Part shown: piece after piece, positions 1 through 7,970 of the stretch
How the letters are laid out: the number at the start of each line of letters is the position of its first letter
Numbering within the stretch: the first letter of the stretch is position 1
Assembly: GCA_038279365.1 (NCBI GenBank)
Contig: JAYODI010000044.1
Coordinates: forward strand, 30,200 to 44,742
From: Candidatus Latescibacterota bacterium
GTDB taxonomy: Bacteria; Latescibacterota; UBA2968
Reading direction: 5' to 3'
Length of the DNA: 14,543 nucleotides
Notes under the pieces: model-generated
The model's input: the letters and a program-made list of their open reading frames with translations, nothing else
What the model was told of the DNA's origin: nothing
The model's database searches: none
Made by a program: the position numbers and the translations under genes

Positions 1-52
1 CCATTTGCCATTTACCTCCATTCTCTCTTACCCCCAAAAAAGGTCATAAGCT

Positions 53-1057
53 ATGTACACCCCCCTCAACACCGTCACCCTAAAAAGTGGCGAATCTGTC
101 GAACTGGGTCTTGTCAAAGGCCCCGACGCAGACTGGGCAAACCGCATCGACGAAGACCTCCTGGGTCACAAAGGTCCCACATGGCGCTGGGGCAATCAAG
201 TCATGCTCACCCAAGACTTGGGCATAGATGCCTTGTTCTACATTTTACATCGTAACGGCATTCCCTTTGCCAATGTTATGACCATTGAATACCAAGGAAT
301 CGGTATTCTCGGGCATGTTTTTACCAAGCCCGAAGACCGCCGCCAAGGTGCAGCCTCACGCATCTTCGATCATCTGATGCCGCACTTTCGCAACCGAGGC
401 GGTCGTGTCTTAATTCTTGGAACCGGATACGACTCACCTGCCTACCACATTTACAAGTCATATGGCTTTGAAGGCATTGGCCCCAACAGTGGCACCATGA
501 CATACTACGCCAAAAACCAACGTGCCTTTGAATCTCAATTTCTCACCACAGGACCAACCACCATCGAGCGTTTGGCTCCCAAACATTATCCTGTTGCGCC
601 TATTCTCTTTTTAAACCAGTGCGCAGGCCTTACGCGAATGACCACGGCAAAGTTATTTGGTCGTGGCTCTACCGAAGGCCCATTTATTCCACTTTTGCGA
701 AACGAACTCGAACGCAAAGCAGAAAATCTGCCACCACGCACAGCCATGCTTATTCAACAAAAAACCGAAGCCGTTGTTGGATACGCCACCACAGATCGCG
801 ACCCCATCTGGCCCAATACCTGCATCGTAGATGTGTTTTGTTTACCCAATTTTTGGAGCCAAGCACCTGCACTCCTCAATGTGATACACTGGCCAAATGC
901 AGATCGATATATCGCTTATTGCGATGTGGGCTGGAAAGAAAAGGAAGAAGCACTTCAAAACGCAGGTTTTCAAATATGTGCCACCCTGCCAAAGTGGCTC
1001 GCCAAAGGCCATACAAGCAACGAACAGATAGATGTGAATATGTGGCTCAAGCAATGA
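53..1057 (+). CDS. GNAT-family N-acetyltransferase (N-terminal GNAT domain plus probable second degenerate GNAT-like domain)
   Basis: 334-aa ORF. Acetyl-CoA binding motif A 'LGHVFTKPEDRRQGAAS' and motif B-like 'PAYHIYKSYGF'. The C-terminal half ends in 'EEALQNAGFQ', another GNAT motif B-like segment. Confidence 0.8.
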   Translation: MYTPLNTVTLKSGESVELGLVKGPDADWANRIDEDLLGHKGPTWRWGNQVMLTQDLGIDALFYILHRNGIPFANVMTIEYQGIGILGHVFTKPEDRRQGAASRIFDHLMPHFRNRGGRVLILGTGYDSPAYHIYKSYGFEGIGPNSGTMTYYAKNQRAFESQFLTTGPTTIERLAPKHYPVAPILFLNQCAGLTRMTTAKLFGRGSTEGPFIPLLRNELERKAENLPPRTAMLIQQKTEAVVGYATTDRDPIWPNTCIVDVFCLPNFWSQAPALLNVIHWPNADRYIAYCDVGWKEKEEALQNAGFQICATLPKWLAKGHTSNEQIDVNMWLKQ

Positions 1058-1070
1058 CCCTTGTTTTAAG

Positions 1071-1099
1071 TTGTGTCTCACCCCTATAACCTCTATATT
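1071..1099 (+). promoter_or_regulatory. Possible sigma70 promoter for the cyclase gene
   Basis: TTGTGT (1071-1076), 17-nt spacer, TATATT (1094-1099) in the intergenic gap. Confidence 0.35.
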
Positions 1100-1144
1100 C
1101 TTAAAGGACTTTTAGCACCCCTATTTTAAAACAATCATCTCCTG

Positions 1145-1171
1145 ACCTCATTTATGAAACCTCATTTATGA
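1145..1171 (+). repeat. Tandem 13-bp direct repeat ACCTCATTTATGA overlapping the cyclase start codon
   Basis: Exact copies at 1145-1157 and 1159-1171. Confidence 0.85.
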
Positions 1172-2646
1172 TGCATCAAAAATCCATTTTGCGTACGCTC
1201 AGCCTCTATGCACTCAGCATCATTGCTTTAACATATTATGGAATTGAAGTCTGCCCCTTTCTTGAAACCCTGTCTACATTTGAACTCCTCACCATTCTCG
1301 CCATCGCTTTTGCCATTTCAGGTATCTGCCGCGCCCTTATTCTGCATGCCTTAGAAAACACTTCATCGCCCCACGAAGTCAATCTTCAAAAGCCCTGGCA
1401 ATATCTTCAAATAGACATTGCCATGTGGTTATTCACGGGCATCTTGGTCACCGCTTGGAATACATACCACTACCAGTTTCCCATTGAAAGTGGTTTTAAA
1501 GTCGTTTTGGGTTGCCTGACCTTGGGCATTTTTTCTGCCAGTTATTTGGCCCTCAAAGTCGAACACGAACTCATCCAATGCCTTTCAGAAGACAACACCC
1601 AAATCTTAATCCATCGAGGTGCCTTCTTTTCCATCACCACCAAATTTCTCATATTTACCATTTTATCCGTTACGGTTGTAACAGGTGTCTTACTCCTTCT
1701 CATTTACAAAGACTTTGTCTATGTTATCGACACCCTTTCCATGAACAAACCCTTCGAATTCATTTGGATTGTGCGCGAAATATTGTTTGTCATTTTCGTT
1801 TTATTATTTGGCAGCTTTGCCGTTGCCCGCCAATACAGCCGCAACCTACACCTTATGTTCGAACTGCAACTCAAGTCATTTGGTGCCGTCGAAAAGGGCA
1901 ACTACGAAACCTTTGTGCCGGTCGTAAGCCACGATGAATTTGGCATCATAGCCAAACAAACCAACCAAATGATTGTCGGCCTCAAAGAAAAGGTGCGCAT
2001 CGAAAAAGCATTTGGAAAATACATGAGTCCCACCGTTGCTCACGCCGTATTACACAGCGAACAAGAAACGCATTTAGGCGGCCGCGAAGTCGATGTGGCC
2101 ATCCTCTTTACAGACTTGCGCGACTTCACCCCACTCTCAGAAAAGTGTACCCCACAAGAGGTTGTTGCCATTCTCAACGAATATTTTACACTTGTTGTTC
2201 AAGCGGTTCACGCACATCACGGTGTGCTCGATAAATTTATAGGCGATGCTGCAATGGCGGTCTTTGGCCTAGATGGACAAAGCGCCCACGAAAATGCCAT
2301 TCTCGCCGCATTCGACATCCAAGCAGGCTTAGACACGCTCAACCAAAAACTCACAGCACAAGATCGGCCCACCATTCGCAACGGCATTGGCGTTCATTGT
2401 GGCCCTGTTGTGGCGGGCAACATCGGTTCAGAAGAACGCCTCGAATACACCGTCATTGGCGATGCCGTCAACACAGCCGCACGCCTTGAAAGCCTCACCA
2501 AAGACTTGCCGTCAACACTGGCCGTATCCGAAATATTATATGCCCAATCTTCACCCGCAATACAGCAAAAACTCGTCTACCTGCAAGACTACGCCCTTAA
2601 AGGCAAAGCAGATAAAATTGCCGTCTATGGTTTGCCAAACAATTAA
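1168..2646 (+). CDS. Membrane-bound class III adenylate cyclase (about 6 TM + HAMP + catalytic domain)
   Basis: Catalytic motifs 'ILFTDLRDFT', 'DKFIGDA' (Lys indicates ATP specificity), 'GIGVHCG' and 'EYTVIGDAVNTAARLE'. HAMP-like 'HDEFGIIAKQTNQM'. Several hydrophobic N-terminal helices. Confidence 0.93.
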   Translation: MMHQKSILRTLSLYALSIIALTYYGIEVCPFLETLSTFELLTILAIAFAISGICRALILHALENTSSPHEVNLQKPWQYLQIDIAMWLFTGILVTAWNTYHYQFPIESGFKVVLGCLTLGIFSASYLALKVEHELIQCLSEDNTQILIHRGAFFSITTKFLIFTILSVTVVTGVLLLLIYKDFVYVIDTLSMNKPFEFIWIVREILFVIFVLLFGSFAVARQYSRNLHLMFELQLKSFGAVEKGNYETFVPVVSHDEFGIIAKQTNQMIVGLKEKVRIEKAFGKYMSPTVAHAVLHSEQETHLGGREVDVAILFTDLRDFTPLSEKCTPQEVVAILNEYFTLVVQAVHAHHGVLDKFIGDAAMAVFGLDGQSAHENAILAAFDIQAGLDTLNQKLTAQDRPTIRNGIGVHCGPVVAGNIGSEERLEYTVIGDAVNTAARLESLTKDLPSTLAVSEILYAQSSPAIQQKLVYLQDYALKGKADKIAVYGLPNN

Positions 2647-2678
2647 GCCATCTTAAACTTTCTATTTATGAGGCACCC

Positions 2679-3689
2679 ATGCAACAAATCAACACAGAAG
2701 CCCAACTGATTGATCAAATGACCACCCCATCAAGTGCCGTCAAAGATGCCGTTTCCAAACTGGATGGTGACATTCTCATTCTCGGCATTGCAGGCAAAAT
2801 GGGCCCCACACTTGGCGAATTGCTTGTGCGTGCAGGGGCACCCAAAGTCATCGGCGTATCTCGCTTTTCCAACCCCACCGACCAAGACGATCTCAACGCC
2901 CGTGGCATCACAACCCAAAAATGTGACCTCTTAGACGATCAGGCACTCAAAGCCCTTCCCGACGCGCCCTACATTTACCTGATGGCCGGACACAAATTTG
3001 GCGCAACAGGCAACGAAGCTCTCACATGGGCCATGAACACCATGTTACCAGGCAAAGTTTTACAACGCTTTCCCAAATCGCGGATCATCTATGTCTCATC
3101 AGGCAATGTTTACAAATACACCCCCGTCACGTCATCGGGTGCTACAGAAGCAGACCCCGTCGAACCCATTGGCGAATATGCCATGTCGCGTTTGGGAGGC
3201 GAACGACTTGCCGAATTTTACAGCCAAAAACAAAACACGCCCCTATCCATTGTGCGCCTTTTTTATGCCACCGAATTGCGTTACGGCATCCTCATCGACA
3301 TCGCCCAAAAAATTGCTTCACAAACCCCCATCAGCTTGGCCATGGGACACGTCAATCAAATTTGGCAAGGTGATGCCAATGCCTATCTTGCCCAACTGTT
3401 TCCACATTGCACCAGCCCAGCAAACACCATCAATATGACGGGCAAAGATGTTTTATCTGTAAGAGCATTGGCAACTGCATTGGGAGAAAGCATGGGCATA
3501 ACCCCAATCTTCGAAGAAACCGAAAGTGACAATGCGCTACTGGGTGATGCCACAAAAATGTTCGACCAATTGGGCACCCCACAAATCCCAATAGACACCA
3601 TGATCAGTTGGGTAGCGCACTGGATAACCAACAACGGAAAAACATTAGGCAAACCCACCAAATACGAATCGCGAACAGGCAAATTCTAA
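2679..3689 (+). CDS. NAD(P)-dependent epimerase/dehydratase (extended/atypical SDR)
   Basis: Rossmann GxxGxxG 'ILGIAGKMG', 'SSGNVY', catalytic-site 'EYAMSR' (YxxxR variant) and 'IVRLFYA'. GAGG SD upstream. Confidence 0.85.
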   Translation: MQQINTEAQLIDQMTTPSSAVKDAVSKLDGDILILGIAGKMGPTLGELLVRAGAPKVIGVSRFSNPTDQDDLNARGITTQKCDLLDDQALKALPDAPYIYLMAGHKFGATGNEALTWAMNTMLPGKVLQRFPKSRIIYVSSGNVYKYTPVTSSGATEADPVEPIGEYAMSRLGGERLAEFYSQKQNTPLSIVRLFYATELRYGILIDIAQKIASQTPISLAMGHVNQIWQGDANAYLAQLFPHCTSPANTINMTGKDVLSVRALATALGESMGITPIFEETESDNALLGDATKMFDQLGTPQIPIDTMISWVAHWITNNGKTLGKPTKYESRTGKF

Positions 3690-3747
3690 TGGTAAAAACC
3701 ACAACACATGCCCTGATCCTTCTCAAAAAACACACACTGGATACCCA

Positions 3748-4944
3748 ATGAAATTTACCGAATTAGATTTGCATCCTCAGGTTTTAAAAGGACTCAATGA
3801 AATGGCGTATGAAGATATGACGCCCATTCAAGAGGCAACCATTTCTCATATTTTGGCAGGGAAAGATGTTTTGGGATTGGCAGAAACAGGCTCAGGAAAA
3901 ACAGGTGCATGTGGTATTCCATTGGTGCAAATGTCAGACCCCAATGTGCGCGAAATTCAAGCGATGATCTTGGTGCCCACACGCGAATTGGCCCAACAAT
4001 ACGTGGCCGAAATTGCCGAAATTGCAAAATACACCCGCATCGCTCCCTTTGCCATGTTTGGTGGGTTTGACATGGACATTCAACGCGCCAAACTCAAAGA
4101 CGGGGTACAAATTTTGGTCGCCACACCAGGTCGCTTAATCGACTATTTGTGGAACAATGCCATGCCCCTCGACAAAGTGCGCACCATTGTTTTAGACGAA
4201 GCCGATGAAATGCTCAAAATGGGTTTTGTCGAAAATGTAGATTTCATCATGTCTTGCCTGATGCACGAACACCAAACATTGATGTTTTCAGCAACCATGC
4301 CCAAAGAGGTCGAACGTTTATCACGCACCTACCTCAAAGATCCCATTCGGGCCGAACTCATCAAAGAACAAGCCGCCCCCCAATCTTTAACCCATTGTTT
4401 TCAAGTTGTCCGACATACCGAACGCCTCCAAATACTCGAATCCTATCTCAAAGATGAAACCATTGGGCAAGGCATTATCTTTTGTAATTCCCGATCAAAT
4501 GGCAGTCGCCTAATACGTGAGCTAAAAAAAATCGTGCCTTCTGTTGATTATATTCACGGCGGGTTAGAGCAATCGCAACGCACCTCCATATTCAACAAAT
4601 TTCGTCGCAAAGAAATTCACCTATTGGTCGCAACCGATGTTGCAGGACGTGGGCTTGACTTTTCACATGTCACCCATGTTATCAATTATGAATTTCCGAA
4701 TTCAGCCGAATCTTATACCCACCGCACAGGGCGTACAGGGCGTATGGGGCGCGAAGGTACAGCCTTAACTTTTGCCACCGATCGAGACCTCAAAACACTC
4801 AAACGCCTGTTGCGAGACAAAGCCCTCACCCCCAACTGGCGAGGCACAGTGCCCAATCTCGACCACGTATCAACCCAGCCAAACAATGGCAACACAAAGA
4901 AAAACAAGCGTTTTAGCAAAAATCGCAGGACACCAAAGAAATAG
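3748..4944 (+). CDS. DEAD-box ATP-dependent RNA helicase (DeaD/CshA/RhlE-like)
   Basis: Q motif 'YEDMTPIQ', I 'AETGSGKT', Ia 'PTRELA', Ib 'TPGRL', II 'DEAD', III 'SAT', V 'TDVAGRGLD', VI 'HRTGRTGR', and a basic C-terminal tail. Confidence 0.97.
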   Translation: MKFTELDLHPQVLKGLNEMAYEDMTPIQEATISHILAGKDVLGLAETGSGKTGACGIPLVQMSDPNVREIQAMILVPTRELAQQYVAEIAEIAKYTRIAPFAMFGGFDMDIQRAKLKDGVQILVATPGRLIDYLWNNAMPLDKVRTIVLDEADEMLKMGFVENVDFIMSCLMHEHQTLMFSATMPKEVERLSRTYLKDPIRAELIKEQAAPQSLTHCFQVVRHTERLQILESYLKDETIGQGIIFCNSRSNGSRLIRELKKIVPSVDYIHGGLEQSQRTSIFNKFRRKEIHLLVATDVAGRGLDFSHVTHVINYEFPNSAESYTHRTGRTGRMGREGTALTFATDRDLKTLKRLLRDKALTPNWRGTVPNLDHVSTQPNNGNTKKNKRFSKNRRTPKK

Positions 4945-4947
4945 GCC

Positions 4948-4994
4948 AATACCATATATGGTATTACTTGCCCGCGTGGCACAATATATAGATA
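4948..4994. promoter_or_regulatory. Tandem palindromic operator-like boxes resembling NrdR boxes
   Basis: Perfect 18-bp palindrome AATACCATATATGGTATT (4948-4965) and a related box GCACAATATATAGATA (4979-4994), centres 30 bp apart. Both resemble acaCwAtATaTwGtgt. Confidence 0.45.
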
Positions 4995-5022
4995 TACAAC
5001 ATAATTATAGTGTATAAATCGC

Positions 5023-5052
5023 TTGACAGGCCGATTCTATATTATAGATATT
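5023..5052 (+). promoter_or_regulatory. Possible sigma70 promoter for the beta-propeller gene
   Basis: Consensus TTGACA at 5023-5028, followed 16-18 nt later by AT-rich TAGATATT. Confidence 0.4.
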
Positions 5053-5198
5053 TATTACCGTAACCTCTTTTATATAAAAAGTTTCCGAGTGGCGGGGGGC
5101 ACATTCGGACATCATCCAAAGAAATAACGATCTTGTAAAACACAGCTACCAGCAAAGGATATTCCCATTCCTTGCTGTAATGGTGTTACAGGAGACCC

Positions 5199-6383
5199 GT
5201 GATGTCCTTTTTTCGACATGGGTTGTTTGCTTTCATTTTGCTGATACCGCTAACAGGCCAAGCACAAACAACCACCAACATAGATTTTGATAATAATGGT
5301 GTCATTGATCAACGCGACTTCCAAGTACTGCTCCAAGCTTTTGGTACCAATCAATCTCGTTATGATCTCCATCCCGATGGCAAAGTTGATTTTCAAGATT
5401 TTTTAATCTTTGCCAAAGCATTTTCCCAGCGCAATACTTCTGTGTCTGCCGAACAAGTCTTTGCCCAAAATGCAACGGCACAAATTGACTTTTTCAAACT
5501 CACAACCCTCGGCAGTCGTCCACAAGACCTTGTTGTCGATGCACAAGGTCGCGTTTGGTTTACCGATTCGGGCACCCACCAAATAGGGCGTATTGACCCA
5601 CGTACCGAAACCGTGGTTGCTTACCCACTCAACACACCCAGTGGACAACCTCATAGCATCACACTCGATGCACAAAGCCGCGTTTGGTTTACCGAAATTG
5701 GTGGCAACCGCATTGGGCGTTTTGATCCCTTCTCTGAAGAAAGCCGTTCCTTTACCATACCCACACCAGGCAGCCGTCCCAAAAGCCTCGTCTTTGACAG
5801 CAAAGGGGTCTTGTGGTTTGGTGAATCATCAGGCGGGCGCATTGGTCGGTTCAATCCCACCACCGAAACCGTAAATGAATTTTCTCTCAATACATCAAAT
5901 AGCAAAATATGTGGCATTGGTGTTGATGCCACGCATAACATTTGGTTTGCCGAAGGCACATCGGGGCGCTTGGGCATGCTCAACCCCGAAACCGAAGCCA
6001 TTACATATTATGCACTGTCAGAAAACACACTCGATATTCGTCAGCTCATATTAGACAAATCCGGAAATATTTGGTTTACAGATGCACAAAATAACCAATT
6101 GGGGTACTTCAACACACAAACGAAAAATACCATTTTTTATGCACTTCCCAAAACACTCAACCAACCCCATGCCCTTGATAATGATCGCAGTGGACGCATT
6201 TGGCTTGCAGGACAAAGCGGGCGACACATTGCACAATTTGATCCAGATACCCGCCGTTTAATCATTTACGAATTGCCCACATCAACCATTCGTATCGAAA
6301 ATATTGATGTCGATTTTACAGGCGCAGTATGGGTCACAGACTCAGAAGGCAACCGCATTGGTCGCATTACAACGGGGTCCTAA
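5199..6383 (+). CDS. Secreted protein: signal peptide + paired EF-hand/dockerin-like module + Vgb (streptogramin lyase)-like 7-bladed beta-propeller
   Basis: Signal peptide ending '...TGQA/Q'. Ca-binding loops 'DFDNNGVIDQRDF' and 'DLHPDGKVDFQDF'. About 7 repeats of 'P..i..D..G.vWFt..g.n.iGr.dP'. AGGAG SD at 5190-5194; start is GTG 5199 or ATG 5202. Confidence 0.85.
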   Translation: MMSFFRHGLFAFILLIPLTGQAQTTTNIDFDNNGVIDQRDFQVLLQAFGTNQSRYDLHPDGKVDFQDFLIFAKAFSQRNTSVSAEQVFAQNATAQIDFFKLTTLGSRPQDLVVDAQGRVWFTDSGTHQIGRIDPRTETVVAYPLNTPSGQPHSITLDAQSRVWFTEIGGNRIGRFDPFSEESRSFTIPTPGSRPKSLVFDSKGVLWFGESSGGRIGRFNPTTETVNEFSLNTSNSKICGIGVDATHNIWFAEGTSGRLGMLNPETEAITYYALSENTLDIRQLILDKSGNIWFTDAQNNQLGYFNTQTKNTIFYALPKTLNQPHALDNDRSGRIWLAGQSGRHIAQFDPDTRRLIIYELPTSTIRIENIDVDFTGAVWVTDSEGNRIGRITTGS

Positions 6384-6398
6384 ATAACGCAACACCAC

Positions 6399-6436
6399 AA
6401 AAAACGCGCTCTGAGCACTTTCAGAGCGCGTTTTTT
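6399..6436 (+). terminator. Intrinsic (potentially bidirectional) terminator
   Basis: AAAAAACGCGCTCTGA-gcactt-TCAGAGCGCGTTTTTT, a perfect 16-bp inverted repeat with A/T tracts, 15 nt after the stop. Confidence 0.92.
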
Positions 6437-6440
6437 ATGT

Positions 6441-6469
6441 TTGACACAGCGTGAACGGTGCGCTACTAT
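6441..6469 (+). promoter_or_regulatory. Sigma70 promoter of the ABC operon
   Basis: TTGACA (6441-6446), 17 nt, TACTAT (6464-6469), immediately after the terminator. It argues for the ATG at 6518 rather than the ORF-track start at 6458. Confidence 0.75.
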
Positions 6470-6517
6470 TACCAACGTCCACATCCAACCCTTCATCTTT
6501 CATCACAGACAACAACA

Positions 6518-7927
6518 ATGCGTTTTGCTCGATTTTTTACTTATCATCTTTTATTCTTGCTCCTGCTGCTCCCCAAATTTGCACAGGCCGACCAATTGGT
6601 TTTTATGTCGCCCCATTCAGACGAAATTCAAAATGAATTTGAAGCCGCATTCAAAACCTATTATCAACAAAAAACAGGGCGAGAAATACACTTTGAATGG
6701 CTCGATATAGGAGGTGGCACCAGCTCCATTTTGCGCTATATCAAATCGGAGTTTGGGCGCGTGCCAGAAGGCATTGGCATCGATTTGTTTTTTGGTGGTG
6801 GCATGGACCCCTACATCGATCTTGCAGAGCAAGGCCTGTGTGAACCCTATCAACTCCCCAACAACATCTTAAACCGTCTTCCAAGCAAAATAGGTGGTGT
6901 ACCCCTCTACGACCCAAACCACCAATGGTATGGCGCCACATTGGCCGGCTTTGGCATTGTTTACAACAAACGCGTGCTCGAAATGCTGGGCTTCCCCCCA
7001 CCCAAAACGTGGGCAGACCTTGGCCATCCTAAGCTTTTTTCATGGGTCGGCTCAGGTGATCCCAGAAAAAGTGGCAGTGTTCACATGGCCTACGAACTCA
7101 TCTTACAGGCATATGGATGGGAGCGTGGCTGGGAAGTCATTACCACCATGGGGGCCAATGTCCGTAACTTTGGTGCAAGTGGCTCTTATGCCCCCAAAGA
7201 AGTCGCTGTTGGAGAAGTTGCTTACGGATTATCCATCGACTTTTACGCCTGGATACAAGCCGAACAAGTCGGAGAAGATTATATCGGTTTTACCATGCCA
7301 GATAATCTCACCATCGTCAATCCCGACGGCATTGCCATCTTAAAGGGCGCCCCCAACCGTGAAGCTGCACAAATGTTTGTAGAATTTGTGATGTCAGATG
7401 CCGGACAAAAATTGTGGTTTCTGCGAAAAGGAACACCAGGTGGCCCCATCAACAGCCAACTCAACCGTTTTACCGTACTGCCAGACTTATATGACCAATA
7501 CCAAAAAGAAGCCGCCATCAGCATCAATCCTTTTCGTTGGAAGTCCGACCTGATCTACGATGCAGCAATCGGTGGTGGGCGATGGAATATTGTCAACGAT
7601 TTGATTGGTGTCATGGTCATAGATTCTCATGCGGCACTCCAACAATCTTGGCAAGCAGCCATCAAAGCCGGTCTTTCAGAGACCAAACGCAAACAACTGT
7701 CTGCCATGCCCATTACCGCAGCCGAAGCGCAACAATTGGCACAATCTTGGCGTGACCCAGAAGTGCGCAACCACACCTTAGCGGCTTGGACCACATTTGC
7801 ACGGGCCAAATATGGCGAGTATCGCCCTCCGTTATTGACGCAAATTGTCGATTGGCTTACACTCATCTTCCCATTGGGCATTGCCTCATTGGCCGTGATC
7901 TATTTATGGCGCATGCGTACCTCATAA
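6518..7927 (+). CDS. ABC transporter substrate-binding protein, Fe3+/thiamine (AfuA/FbpA-like) family, with C-terminal TM helix
   Basis: Signal peptide MRFARFF...KFAQA/D. Family motifs 'IDLFFGGG', 'FGIVYNK', 'PKTWADL', 'DPRKSGS' and 'PDGIAILKGAPNREAAQMFVEFVMS'. C-terminal hydrophobic helix followed by WRMR. Confidence 0.88.
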   Translation: MRFARFFTYHLLFLLLLLPKFAQADQLVFMSPHSDEIQNEFEAAFKTYYQQKTGREIHFEWLDIGGGTSSILRYIKSEFGRVPEGIGIDLFFGGGMDPYIDLAEQGLCEPYQLPNNILNRLPSKIGGVPLYDPNHQWYGATLAGFGIVYNKRVLEMLGFPPPKTWADLGHPKLFSWVGSGDPRKSGSVHMAYELILQAYGWERGWEVITTMGANVRNFGASGSYAPKEVAVGEVAYGLSIDFYAWIQAEQVGEDYIGFTMPDNLTIVNPDGIAILKGAPNREAAQMFVEFVMSDAGQKLWFLRKGTPGGPINSQLNRFTVLPDLYDQYQKEAAISINPFRWKSDLIYDAAIGGGRWNIVNDLIGVMVIDSHAALQQSWQAAIKAGLSETKRKQLSAMPITAAEAQQLAQSWRDPEVRNHTLAAWTTFARAKYGEYRPPLLTQIVDWLTLIFPLGIASLAVIYLWRMRTS

Positions 7928-7970
7928 TAAACAGATCTGTATCACCAACACCATTAAAGTAGGAAACCCA

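Noticed and set aside
3175-3192. YxxxR instead of YxxxK in the SDR as a sign of inactivation
   Set aside because: Atypical SDR subfamilies commonly vary at this position, and the rest of the protein is intact.
5084-5198. Cobalamin riboswitch (fragments such as CTGTAA, CAGGAGACC and, on - strand, CCCCGCCACT)
   Set aside because: The fragments lack the required order and the GGGAA-GGTG-AA-TCC core, so they appear coincidental.
5500-6370. Repeated nucleotide motifs (e.g. CGCGTTTGGTTTACCGA, CGCATTGG) as a possible CRISPR or repeat array
   Set aside because: They are explained by the roughly 42-aa beta-propeller blade repeats. They are degenerate and coding.
6458-6517. ORF-track N-terminal extensions (6458 for the binding protein; likewise 8863 for the ATPase and 9896 for the permease)
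   Set aside because: They overlap a consensus promoter or the upstream genes. The downstream ATGs at 6518, 8944 and 10022 give sensible N-termini.
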